Shown here: piece after piece, positions 10,405 through 16,831 of the stretch
How positions within the stretch are numbered: the stretch's first letter is position 1
Layout of the letters: every line of letters begins with the position of its first letter
Source of the DNA: Nitrospirota bacterium
GTDB lineage: Bacteria > Nitrospirota > UBA9217
Assembly (NCBI GenBank): GCA_029858565.1
Contig: JAOUEV010000065.1
Coordinates: 1 to 16,831, forward strand
DNA: 16,831 nucleotides
Reading direction: 5' to 3'
Translations under genes and position numbers: made by a program
The notes under the pieces: generated by a model
Seen by the model: only the letters and a program-made list of their open reading frames with translations
The model's database searches: none
Told to the model about the DNA's origin: nothing

Positions 10405-10436
10405 AAAAAGCGTGATCGGTTTGTTCCCTGTTAAAC

Positions 10437-12164
10437 ATGAACCGCACCCTGCAAGATAAGCTCGACAAACTGCTCGCGTCCGAGCGCGGCGCCATCAGCA
10501 AGCCCCGCGACCGGGCGGTGAGCGTCGCACTTGCTTACCCGAACACCTACCACGTGGGCATGTCCAACCTCGGTTTGCACCGTATCTATTCGCTGCTGAA
10601 CAGCCGCGAGGACACGCGGTGCGAGCGTGTATTCCTTCCCGACGAAGAAGATCTGCCGGAATACGACGGCGCCGGCAACCCGCTCTTTGCTCTTGAGAGC
10701 AGGCAGCCGGTGAAGGACTTCGACATCCTCGCGTTCTCGGTCTCCTTTGAACAGGACTACCTGAACGTGATCGAGATCCTGCGGCTATCGGGCATTCCGC
10801 CGGAGCGGTCGCAGCGGGGAAGCGGTCACCCGCTGGTGGTTCTCGGAGGCATCTGCTCGTTCTTCAATCCCGAGCCCCTTGCGGACTTTTTCGACGTTGT
10901 GCTCACGGGCGAAGGAGAGGAACTGGCAGGCCGGTTTGCCGCTGCTTACGCGCAGCACCGGCAGCAGGGACGGGACGAGCTGCTCCAGGAGATCGCAAAA
11001 CTGGCGGGGGCCTATGTCCCGGAATATTACGAGGTCCGGTATGATCAGGACGGAACGATCAGGGAACGGAAAGCCCTTGTGCCCGAAGCGCCGGAGATGA
11101 TCATCAAGCAGGTTGCCCGGGACCTCGACGCAAAGCCGGCTTCGACCGTCATATTGACGCCCGAGACCGAGTTCAGCAATATGCACCTGAGCGAGGTAAC
11201 GCGGGGCTGCGGACGCCACTGCCGGTTCTGCATGGCGGGCTATATCTATCTTCCTCCCCGGAACCTGGGGCTTGACGCTGCAAAGGCCCAGGCAAAGCAT
11301 GCAGACGAAACCTGCGGCAGGATCGGACTGGTCGGCGCCGCGCTTTCCGACTATCCCGAGATCGAGGGTCTCTGCGACGCGATCACCGGCAGCGTCTCGG
11401 TCTCATCGCTTCGCGCGGATTCGCTGAGCGAAAAACTGGTCGCAAGGCTTGCCGCAAGCGGACACAAGACCATTGCGCTGGCACCTGAGGCGGGTTCGGA
11501 ACGGCTCCGGAAAGTGATCAACAAAGGGGTGACCGAAGGGGATATCCTGGCAGCCGCGGACAAGGTGTTCAGGGCGGACATCCCGAACCTGAAGCTTTAC
11601 TTCATCATCGGACTGCCCACGGAAACGCAGGAGGATGTGGATGGGATCATCGATCTTGCGAAAAAAGTGCACGAGGTCCAGCTTGACCATGCCCGTCCGA
11701 GGGGAAGGATCGGCAGGATCACACTGTCGGTCAACTCCTTTGTGCCCAAACCGTTCACCCCGTTCCAGTGGGAGCCCATGGAAGCGGTGTCAAGCCTGAA
11801 CAGGAAGATTCGCAACCTGGAGAAGGCGGTAAAGAACATCGGGAACATGAACATCATCCACGACCTTCCCAAGTGGGAGTATTTCCAGGCAATGCTCTCC
11901 CGCGGGGACCGGAGGCTCGGAAAGCTGCTGCTCGCGGCCCACGGAAAGAGCGGGGACTGGAAGGCCGCTGCCAGGGAGACCGGCACGGACATGGACTTTT
12001 ATGTGACAAGGAGGCGCGGCCTCACCGAGGTGCTTCCCTGGGATTTCATTGACATCGGAGTGCGAAAAGAATATCTTAGGAACGAATTCAACCGGGGCAT
12101 GGAAGGGAAGTTCACGCCGCCCTGCAAGGTGGGAACGTGCAGGACCTGCGGGGTGTGCCGATAA
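10437..12164 (+). CDS. Radical SAM protein with B12-binding-like N-terminal domain and C-terminal Cys cluster (TIGR03960-like)
   Basis: 575 aa. CxxxCxxC in 'RGCGRHCRFC', N-terminal 'YPNTYHVGMSNLG', 'APEAGSERLR', 'YFIIGLPTE', 'FVPKPFTPFQW', C-terminal 'CKVGTCRTCGVC'. Confidence 0.88.
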   Translation: MNRTLQDKLDKLLASERGAISKPRDRAVSVALAYPNTYHVGMSNLGLHRIYSLLNSREDTRCERVFLPDEEDLPEYDGAGNPLFALESRQPVKDFDILAFSVSFEQDYLNVIEILRLSGIPPERSQRGSGHPLVVLGGICSFFNPEPLADFFDVVLTGEGEELAGRFAAAYAQHRQQGRDELLQEIAKLAGAYVPEYYEVRYDQDGTIRERKALVPEAPEMIIKQVARDLDAKPASTVILTPETEFSNMHLSEVTRGCGRHCRFCMAGYIYLPPRNLGLDAAKAQAKHADETCGRIGLVGAALSDYPEIEGLCDAITGSVSVSSLRADSLSEKLVARLAASGHKTIALAPEAGSERLRKVINKGVTEGDILAAADKVFRADIPNLKLYFIIGLPTETQEDVDGIIDLAKKVHEVQLDHARPRGRIGRITLSVNSFVPKPFTPFQWEPMEAVSSLNRKIRNLEKAVKNIGNMNIIHDLPKWEYFQAMLSRGDRRLGKLLLAAHGKSGDWKAAARETGTDMDFYVTRRRGLTEVLPWDFIDIGVRKEYLRNEFNRGMEGKFTPPCKVGTCRTCGVCR

Positions 12165-12176
12165 TCGAAATCAACA

Positions 12177-12211
12177 AGTGCGGAGTGCGAAGTGCGGAGT
12201 GCGGAGTGGAA
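12177..12211 (+). repeat. Heptamer tandem repeat (AGTGCGG)n
   Basis: AGTGCGG AGTGCGA AGTGCGG AGTGCGG AGTGGAA; same ARTGCGG family as 2424-2454. Confidence 0.85.
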
Positions 12212-12974
12212 AGAAAATAAGAAAGGAAATGGAAAGAGCGCTGAATTATTACTGATCCCGGCGTTTGAGACGGTTCCGAACATCAGGCATGGGTTCACGA
12301 CCAGGGCCAACGGCCTTGGAGCCCGGATCGGAGGGTTTAAATCTCCTGATGATTGGAACCTGGTTGCCGATTCCTTCGGCATAGCGCCTGACAAACTCGT
12401 GACCGTGCAGCAGGTGCACGGAGACGAGATCGTTGTTGTGAAGGGGAACGATTACCAGGATATGCGGCCGCGCCAGGCTGACGGTCTGGTGACGGACAGT
12501 CCGGGCATCGCTATCGGTATTGAAACCGCTGATTGCGTTCCTGTGCTGATCATGGATCCGCAAACGCCGTCAGTCGCTGCGGTACACGCAGGCTGGCGCA
12601 GCACAGTGAAGAGGATCGTGCAAAAGGCGGTCAGCCGCATGCAGCACGAGTTCGGGTCCGATCCCTCGCGTATGATCGCTGCCATCGGCCCGGCCATCGG
12701 GCCCGAGTGCTATGAAGTGGATGAACCGGTCATGGGCCCGGTGCGCGGGGCATTTCCCTTCTGGAAGGAGATCGCGGAAGCGCGGGGGAACGGCCGCTGG
12801 AGCCTGGACCTGCGGAAGCTGAACAGCAGGGAATTAGTGCAGGCCGGGTTGAAAGAACGGAATATCCACAGCCTTGGCATGTGCACCTCCTGCAGGCGGG
12901 ACCTGTTCTATTCCTTCCGCGCCGAAGGCAGGACCGGCAGGATGCTGTCGGCGGTGATGATAGAGCAGCGGTAA
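12192..12974 (+). CDS. pgeF: Peptidoglycan editing factor PgeF / YfiH (laccase-domain, purine nucleoside phosphorylase-like)
   Basis: Motifs 'HGFTTR', 'QVHG', 'ADGLVT', 'TADCVPVL', 'AAVHAGWR', 'IGPAIGPECYEV' and 'FYSFRAEGRTGRM'. GTG start lies inside the repeat. Confidence 0.92.
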   Translation: MRSAEWKENKKGNGKSAELLLIPAFETVPNIRHGFTTRANGLGARIGGFKSPDDWNLVADSFGIAPDKLVTVQQVHGDEIVVVKGNDYQDMRPRQADGLVTDSPGIAIGIETADCVPVLIMDPQTPSVAAVHAGWRSTVKRIVQKAVSRMQHEFGSDPSRMIAAIGPAIGPECYEVDEPVMGPVRGAFPFWKEIAEARGNGRWSLDLRKLNSRELVQAGLKERNIHSLGMCTSCRRDLFYSFRAEGRTGRMLSAVMIEQR

Positions 12975-13033
12975 GGGGTAACGGGTAGGGGCAAGAGACG
13001 AGTGAGAGCTCGTGAAACGTGAGAAGCGAGACG
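12970..13033 (+). repeat. Degenerate heptamer arrays in the pgeF-yggS gap
   Basis: GGTAAGG GGTAACG GGTAGGG (12970-12990), then CTCGTGA AACGTGA GAAGCGA GACG (13009-13033). Confidence 0.55.
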
Positions 13034-13078
13034 ATTGGTATCAACGCCGTCCTCAGTGTCCAAGAATGTTGTTAGCCT

Positions 13079-13765
13079 ATGTCCATTGCTCACAATCTCA
13101 AGACTGTCCTGGATCGCATCTCCTTTGCCGCCAGCCACGCCGGGCGCGAACCTTCATCGGTCCGCCTTGTGGTCGTGACCAAGACCGTTGACATCGATCG
13201 CATCCGCGAAGCAGTGGCTGCCGGGGGCCTGCTCCTTGGCGAGAACCGTGTGCAGGAGGCGAAGGAGAAGATCGAGAAGCTCGGGAGTATCGCGTCCTGG
13301 CATCTGATCGGCCGGCTTCAGACGAACAAGGCGAAATACGCGGTCAAGCTCTTTGACCTGATCCATTCCGTGGACAACATCGAACTCGCCAGGGAACTGG
13401 ACAAGCAGGCCGCGAAGACCGGGAAGGTGCAGGACGTCCTGATCGAGGTGAGCATTGCCGGTGAAGCCGCCAAAGCCGGAGTGGCGTTGAGCGCAGCCGC
13501 AGATCTGGTGCGGGAAGCGGCAAAGCTCAAGAACATCAGGATCAAGGGTCTGATGACCATGCCGCCCTATTCCGACGAACCGGAAGCGTCACGGCCTTAT
13601 TTCCGGAAGCTTAGCGAACTGCGCGACAGGCTCGAACAAGAAAGTATCCCAAACGTCTCGCTGAAGGAACTCTCCATGGGCATGAGCGGGGACTATGAAG
13701 TGGCGATCGCCGAAGGCGCGACGCTGGTGCGCGTGGGAACGGCGATATTTGGGGAAAGACACTGA
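13079..13765 (+). CDS. yggS: PLP homeostasis protein YggS/PROSC
   Basis: Motifs 'LVVVTKT' (PLP lysine), 'GENRVQE', 'WHLIGRLQTNK', 'GLMTMPP', 'LSMGMSGDY' and 'VRVGTAIFGER'. Confidence 0.96.
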   Translation: MSIAHNLKTVLDRISFAASHAGREPSSVRLVVVTKTVDIDRIREAVAAGGLLLGENRVQEAKEKIEKLGSIASWHLIGRLQTNKAKYAVKLFDLIHSVDNIELARELDKQAAKTGKVQDVLIEVSIAGEAAKAGVALSAAADLVREAAKLKNIRIKGLMTMPPYSDEPEASRPYFRKLSELRDRLEQESIPNVSLKELSMGMSGDYEVAIAEGATLVRVGTAIFGERH

Positions 13766-13904
13766 AAGATCCTTTGCCACGGAAGCGGCGGATAACGGCT
13801 TATGAAGGACCATGACAAGACATTGCATTATCCGGAGTTATCATATGTTCTTTCAGTGTCTTCAGTGTCAAAAAACATTGAGACGTTTCCGACTCTTCCG
13901 TGGC
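13756..13904. repeat. Two interleaved inverted repeats (A-B-A'-B')
   Basis: A 13756-13769 AAGACACTGAAAGA pairs with A' 13849-13862 (14/14). B 13776-13792 GCCACGGAAGCGGCGGA pairs with B' 13888-13904 (15/17). Confidence 0.75.
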
Positions 13905-13929
13905 TAACGAATTTCTCTATGGAGGTCCC

Positions 13930-14814
13930 ATGGCGATCGACAAGAAAATAGCTTTCCTCGGCGGCGGGAACATGGCCGAGGCCCTGATCAAGGGACTGGT
14001 GGTGGCGGACGAGGCGCACGTGCAGAACATCACGGTCACCGACGTGCACCAGAGCCGGCTGGACCTCCTGCGCAGGACCTTCGGCGTCACGGTGACCCAG
14101 AGCAACAGCGACGCGGTCAAGGCCGCGGACATCGTGATCCTGAGCGTGAAGCCCCAGGTCATGGACGCGGTCCTCGCGGACATCAGCCAGGCAGCGGACA
14201 GCAGCAAGCTCGTGATCTCGATCGCCGCGGGCGTAACGCTCGAGCGCATCGAGAAGGGCCTGGCCAGGGGACCGCGGGTGATCCGGGTGATGCCGAACAC
14301 GCCGGCGCTGGTGCTGGCAGGAGCCGCGGGCATCGCCGCGGGAAAGACCGCTACCCAGCCGGACATGCTTATGGCAAAGGAGATCTTCGGTTCCGTGGGC
14401 CGCGCCGTGGAGGTGAATGAGAAGCTGATGGACGCGGTGACCGGTTTGTCCGGCAGCGGGCCTGCCTACGTGTTCACGATGATCGAGGCGCTGGCCGACG
14501 GAGGCGTAAAGGTGGGGATCCCCCGGGCTTTGGCCCTGGAGCTCGCGGCCCAGACGGTCTTCGGGAGCGCCAAGATGGTGCTGGAGACCAAGGAGCATCC
14601 GGCCAAGCTCCGGGACATGGTCGCCTCTCCCGGCGGCACCACGATCGCGGGCATGCACGAGCTGGAAAAGGGAAAGCTCCGGGCCACGCTGATCAGCGCG
14701 GTCGAGGCTGCAACGAAGCGGGGGATGGAACTGGGCGGCAAAACGGTCTCGCCGCGACGGGAGCAGAGGAAAAAAATGACCGCAAAAAGAGGACGGTCAG
14801 CAAAGCGAAAGTAA
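13930..14814 (+). CDS. proC: Pyrroline-5-carboxylate reductase
   Basis: ATG at 13930 follows GGAGG (13921-13925). Rossmann motif 'IAFLGGGNMAEA', plus 'VKPQ', 'RVMPNTP', 'TGLSGSGPAY' and 'SPGGTT'. Confidence 0.96.
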   Translation: MAIDKKIAFLGGGNMAEALIKGLVVADEAHVQNITVTDVHQSRLDLLRRTFGVTVTQSNSDAVKAADIVILSVKPQVMDAVLADISQAADSSKLVISIAAGVTLERIEKGLARGPRVIRVMPNTPALVLAGAAGIAAGKTATQPDMLMAKEIFGSVGRAVEVNEKLMDAVTGLSGSGPAYVFTMIEALADGGVKVGIPRALALELAAQTVFGSAKMVLETKEHPAKLRDMVASPGGTTIAGMHELEKGKLRATLISAVEAATKRGMELGGKTVSPRREQRKKMTAKRGRSAKRK

Positions 14815-14873
14815 GAAGGATATTACCGCAGAGGTCGTGGAGAAAATAGTTCAGTTATAAGAAAGGAGGCATT

Positions 14874-15176
14874 ATGGGCAACATCATCTTGGGAGTGGCG
14901 CAGGTCCTGGACATCCTGCTCGGCGCCTACAAGTGGATCATCATCATCCGGGCGCTGATCTCCTGGGTCAATCCCGATCCCTACAACCCGATCGTGCAGT
15001 TCCTGGTGAAGGTGACCGAGCCGGTGCTCAAGCCGCTCCGGAAGCTCGTTCCGACCTGGAGGATGGGCTTCGACCTGTCCCCGCTCATCGCGATCCTGGT
15101 GCTCATCTTCCTGGAGTACGCCCTCATCGGGAACCTGCGGGAGTGGGGCCTGAGCATGAAGTACCGGGTGCAGTGA
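14874..15176 (+). CDS. yggT: YggT/YlmG family membrane protein
   Basis: 100 aa, strong AGGAGG RBS. Motif 'IIIRALISWVNPDPYNPIVQFLVKVTEPVLKPLRK...FDLSPLIA'. Confidence 0.93.
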   Translation: MGNIILGVAQVLDILLGAYKWIIIIRALISWVNPDPYNPIVQFLVKVTEPVLKPLRKLVPTWRMGFDLSPLIAILVLIFLEYALIGNLREWGLSMKYRVQ

Positions 15177-15192
15177 TCAAAAGGAGCGAACC

Positions 15193-15672
15193 ATGAAAGT
15201 CACGCCGCTCGATATACAGCAGAAGCGATTCCATGTGGCCTTTCGGGGTTACGAACGGACCGAAGTGGACGCGTTCCTCGACACGGTGCGCGAAGAGATG
15301 GAGGACCTGGTCCGGGAAGTGACCGAGCTCCGGGAGTTCCATGATTCCTACGATGAACGCATGCGGGAGTTCCGTGACCGCGAAGAGACGCTCAAGAGCA
15401 CGCTGCTGACCACGCATAAGTTGGCCGAGGACATCAAGGTAAATTCACGCAAGGAAGCGGACCTGATCGTGAAGGACGCGGAGCTGAAATTCCACCAGAC
15501 CCTTGAGCAGGCGCGGCAGGAAAAGCTCAAGCTCGACGCGGAGATCATCGAGCTCAGACGCAAGAAGCACCATTTCCTGCAGGACCTGAGAAAAATGCTC
15601 CAGATGCACATGGAGATGGTGAGTTTCGAAGGGAGCGCCGGTGAAGGCGAAGCAGGGCCCGCAGCCGGGTAA
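15193..15672 (+). CDS. divIVA: DivIVA domain-containing protein
   Basis: N-terminal 'MKVTPLDIQQKRFHVAFRGYERTEVDAFL' followed by coiled coil 'ADLIVKDAE'; AGGAG RBS. Confidence 0.9.
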   Translation: MKVTPLDIQQKRFHVAFRGYERTEVDAFLDTVREEMEDLVREVTELREFHDSYDERMREFRDREETLKSTLLTTHKLAEDIKVNSRKEADLIVKDAELKFHQTLEQARQEKLKLDAEIIELRRKKHHFLQDLRKMLQMHMEMVSFEGSAGEGEAGPAAG

Positions 15673-15955
15673 GGCCGGTCCGGACGCGGCAGTCCTCTCG
15701 GTCCGGATCCAACCGCGGGCATCGAAGAGGGGCATCTCCCGCATGGAGGACGGATCGCTCAAGATCCGGTTGACCGCACCGCCCGTGGATGGGGCAGCGA
15801 ACGACGCTTTGATAAAATATCTTGCCGAGACCTTCAGCGTTCCCCGGTCGCAGGTGGAGATCCTTTCGGGCCACACCGGCCGCCAGAAGATCATCAGGAT
15901 CAGCGGAATCGGCCAGCAGGACGCCGAGGGGATGTTGTATAGCAGCGGCAAATAG
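15641..15955 (+). CDS. yggU: DUF167 / YggU family protein
   Basis: Motif 'LSVRIQPRASK...LKIRLTAPPVDGAANDALIKYLAETFSVPRSQVEILSGHTGRQK'. The GTG start overlaps the end of divIVA; exact start uncertain. Confidence 0.88.
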   Translation: MKAKQGPQPGKAGPDAAVLSVRIQPRASKRGISRMEDGSLKIRLTAPPVDGAANDALIKYLAETFSVPRSQVEILSGHTGRQKIIRISGIGQQDAEGMLYSSGK

Positions 15956-15962
15956 CGTAGTA

Positions 15963-16026
15963 TATAGTAGTAAGTAGTAAGCAGTAAGTTGTAAGCATAC
16001 TTACTACTTTAGAGCTTACTACTATA
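15963..16026. repeat. (TAGTAAG)n heptamer array with inverted CTTACTA copies, upstream of ssrA
   Basis: TAGTAAG TAGTAAG CAGTAAG TTGTAAG (15968-15995). Perfect 12-bp IR TATAGTAGTAAG (15963-15974) / CTTACTACTATA (16015-16026). Alternative 10-bp IR 15972-15981 / 16000-16009. Confidence 0.8.
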
Positions 16027-16044
16027 AAACTGATTTTAATGAAA

Positions 16045-16394
16045 GGGGGCGACAGGCTTCGACGGGGATCGCGAGGTTGAAAGTTGCATGCCGAGGTGCC
16101 GTGGGGCTCGTTAAACACGCGGCAAAACACAACTGCCAATAACGAACTGGCAATCGCTGCTTAACTAAGTAGCGCGTCTCCCGGCTGCCGCCTGAGCGGC
16201 TGAAGAGATGTCAAAATTCGGGCTGGTCTTTCCGCTATGTCCGGGGCGGAAGGATGAGAAAAACCGGGCTGGCTGATCCCGGAGCTTTCCCTGAGGCGCC
16301 GGAGGATGCGAGAGCTGTAAACGAGGGGATAAGCATGTATGAGCTTTCAGCTGATGGTTTTCGGACGCGGGTTCAATTCCCGCCGCCTCCACCA
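16045..16394 (+). ncRNA. ssrA: tmRNA (transfer-messenger RNA), one-piece, 350 nt
   Basis: 5' GGGGGCG pairs with 3' CGCCTCC-A-CCA, with a G3-U wobble (Ala identity). 'TTCGAC' near the 5' end; T-arm GCGGGTTCAATTCCCGC. Tag ORF at 16135-16164. Confidence 0.97.
16135..16164 (+). other. tmRNA proteolysis tag reading frame (A)ANNELAIAA*
   Basis: GCC AAT AAC GAA CTG GCA ATC GCT GCT TAA, downstream of the pk1 region; ends in the canonical Ala-Ala degron. Confidence 0.9.
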
Positions 16395-16462
16395 TAACTA
16401 ATTGATATTACAGGGTTAATTTGATTTGCGGAATCGAATTAAGCGGAATGGTGTTTTTGATG

Positions 16463-16500
16463 AGAGCTAACTCATTGTAAGAGTTAGCTCTTTTCTTTTT
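16463..16500 (+). terminator. Rho-independent terminator after ssrA
   Basis: AGAGCTAACTC-ATTGTAA-GAGTTAGCTCT is an 11-bp perfect stem, followed by TTTCTTTTT. Confidence 0.8.
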
Positions 16501-16671
16501 CCGCAATGACTGATGAACAGGGGTATCTTTTGGGGTACGCTGTTCAACGATAGCGCCGGTAATTCAAGCTATTGGACAACCTATTAAATAGCGGACGTGG
16601 GATTTGAATTGGCGTCCAGGGAAGTCCGATGTTCAGGCGCTCTGCTTTGATCTGCATTTCCGAAATCGTCC

Positions 16672-16700
16672 TTGCGTTCTTGTAGCTTATATGCTACAAT
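16672..16700 (+). promoter_or_regulatory. TA-module promoter with overlapping palindromic operator
   Basis: TTGCGT (16672-16677), 17-nt spacer, TG-c-TACAAT (hexamer 16695-16700). Palindrome TTGTAGC-N6-GCTACAA at 16680-16699. Confidence 0.75.
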
Positions 16701-16707
16701 AGCACAC

Positions 16708-16831
16708 GTGGAAAGCTTCCCCTACACAATAGCGTATTACCTTACCGAGGCCGGCGATAAGCCGTTCAAGGAATGGCTTGACGGGCTGAAGGATATCATG
16801 GCCCGTCAGAAGATCCGTATTCGGCTTGACC
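16708..16831 (+). CDS. Type II toxin, RelE/HigB-like 'addiction module killer protein' (5' part, runs off the window)
   Basis: Not in the ORF track. GTG start, translating to MESFPYTIAYYLTEAGDKPFKEWLDGLKDIMARQKIRIRLD...; the pattern Y-x-T-x-x-G-x-x-P-F-x-E-W-L-x-x-L-K-D...I-x-x-R-L-D is typical of this family. Confidence 0.8.
   Translation, partial: MESFPYTIAYYLTEAGDKPFKEWLDGLKDIMARQKIRIRLD

Noticed and set aside
12162-12192. Possible stop read-through fusion of the radical SAM protein and PgeF (same frame)
   Set aside because: The stop is TAA, no recoding signal is visible, both proteins look complete, and sharing a frame is a 1-in-3 chance.
13900-13929. Upstream GTG start for proC given in the ORF track
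   Set aside because: It lies within repeat arm B'. ATG 13930 has a GGAGG site and directly precedes the Rossmann motif.
15990-16004. TGTAAG-CATA-CTTAC upstream of ssrA resembles the TetR operator core GTAAG-TACCTA-CTTAC
   Set aside because: Half-site spacing is 2 nt shorter and the match is explained by the local TAGTAAG repeat. A TetR-ssrA link is unsupported.
16165-16395. 76-aa minus-strand ORF 'MVEAAGIEPAS...'
   Set aside because: It is the antisense reading of the tmRNA T-arm and acceptor stem, a classic spurious ORF.
16544-16657. 37-aa minus-strand ORF MQIKAERLNIGLPW... considered as an antitoxin or integrase remnant
   Set aside because: It has no recognisable motif or convincing RBS and is too short to support a call.

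Overview
GC-rich bacterial chromosomal window with three parts, all genes on the + strand. (1) About 320-10228 is a TetR-controlled export operon with a perfect operator palindrome: tetR, a TolC-family outer membrane factor, an MdtA-like MFP, an MdtB/C-like RND pump, a MacA-like MFP, an ABC ATPase and a MacB-type permease, so one OMF appears to serve two pump types. (2) 10437-15955 is a housekeeping/cell-division cluster: B12-binding-like radical SAM protein, pgeF, yggS, proC, yggT, divIVA-domain gene and DUF167. (3) 16045-16394 is tmRNA (tag ANNELAIAA), followed by a terminator, att/arm-site-like motifs and the truncated start of a probably leaderless RelE/HigB-like toxin, consistent with the edge of an island at ssrA. 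The most unusual signal is non-coding: nearly every intergenic gap carries its own 7-9-nt-period tandem repeat, often as long inverted pairs. In two of these the mismatches are mostly G-U compatible on the mRNA strand, and some repeats have entered coding ends or supply start codons. The host is a diderm; Nitrospirota/Desulfobacterota-like is an inference only.
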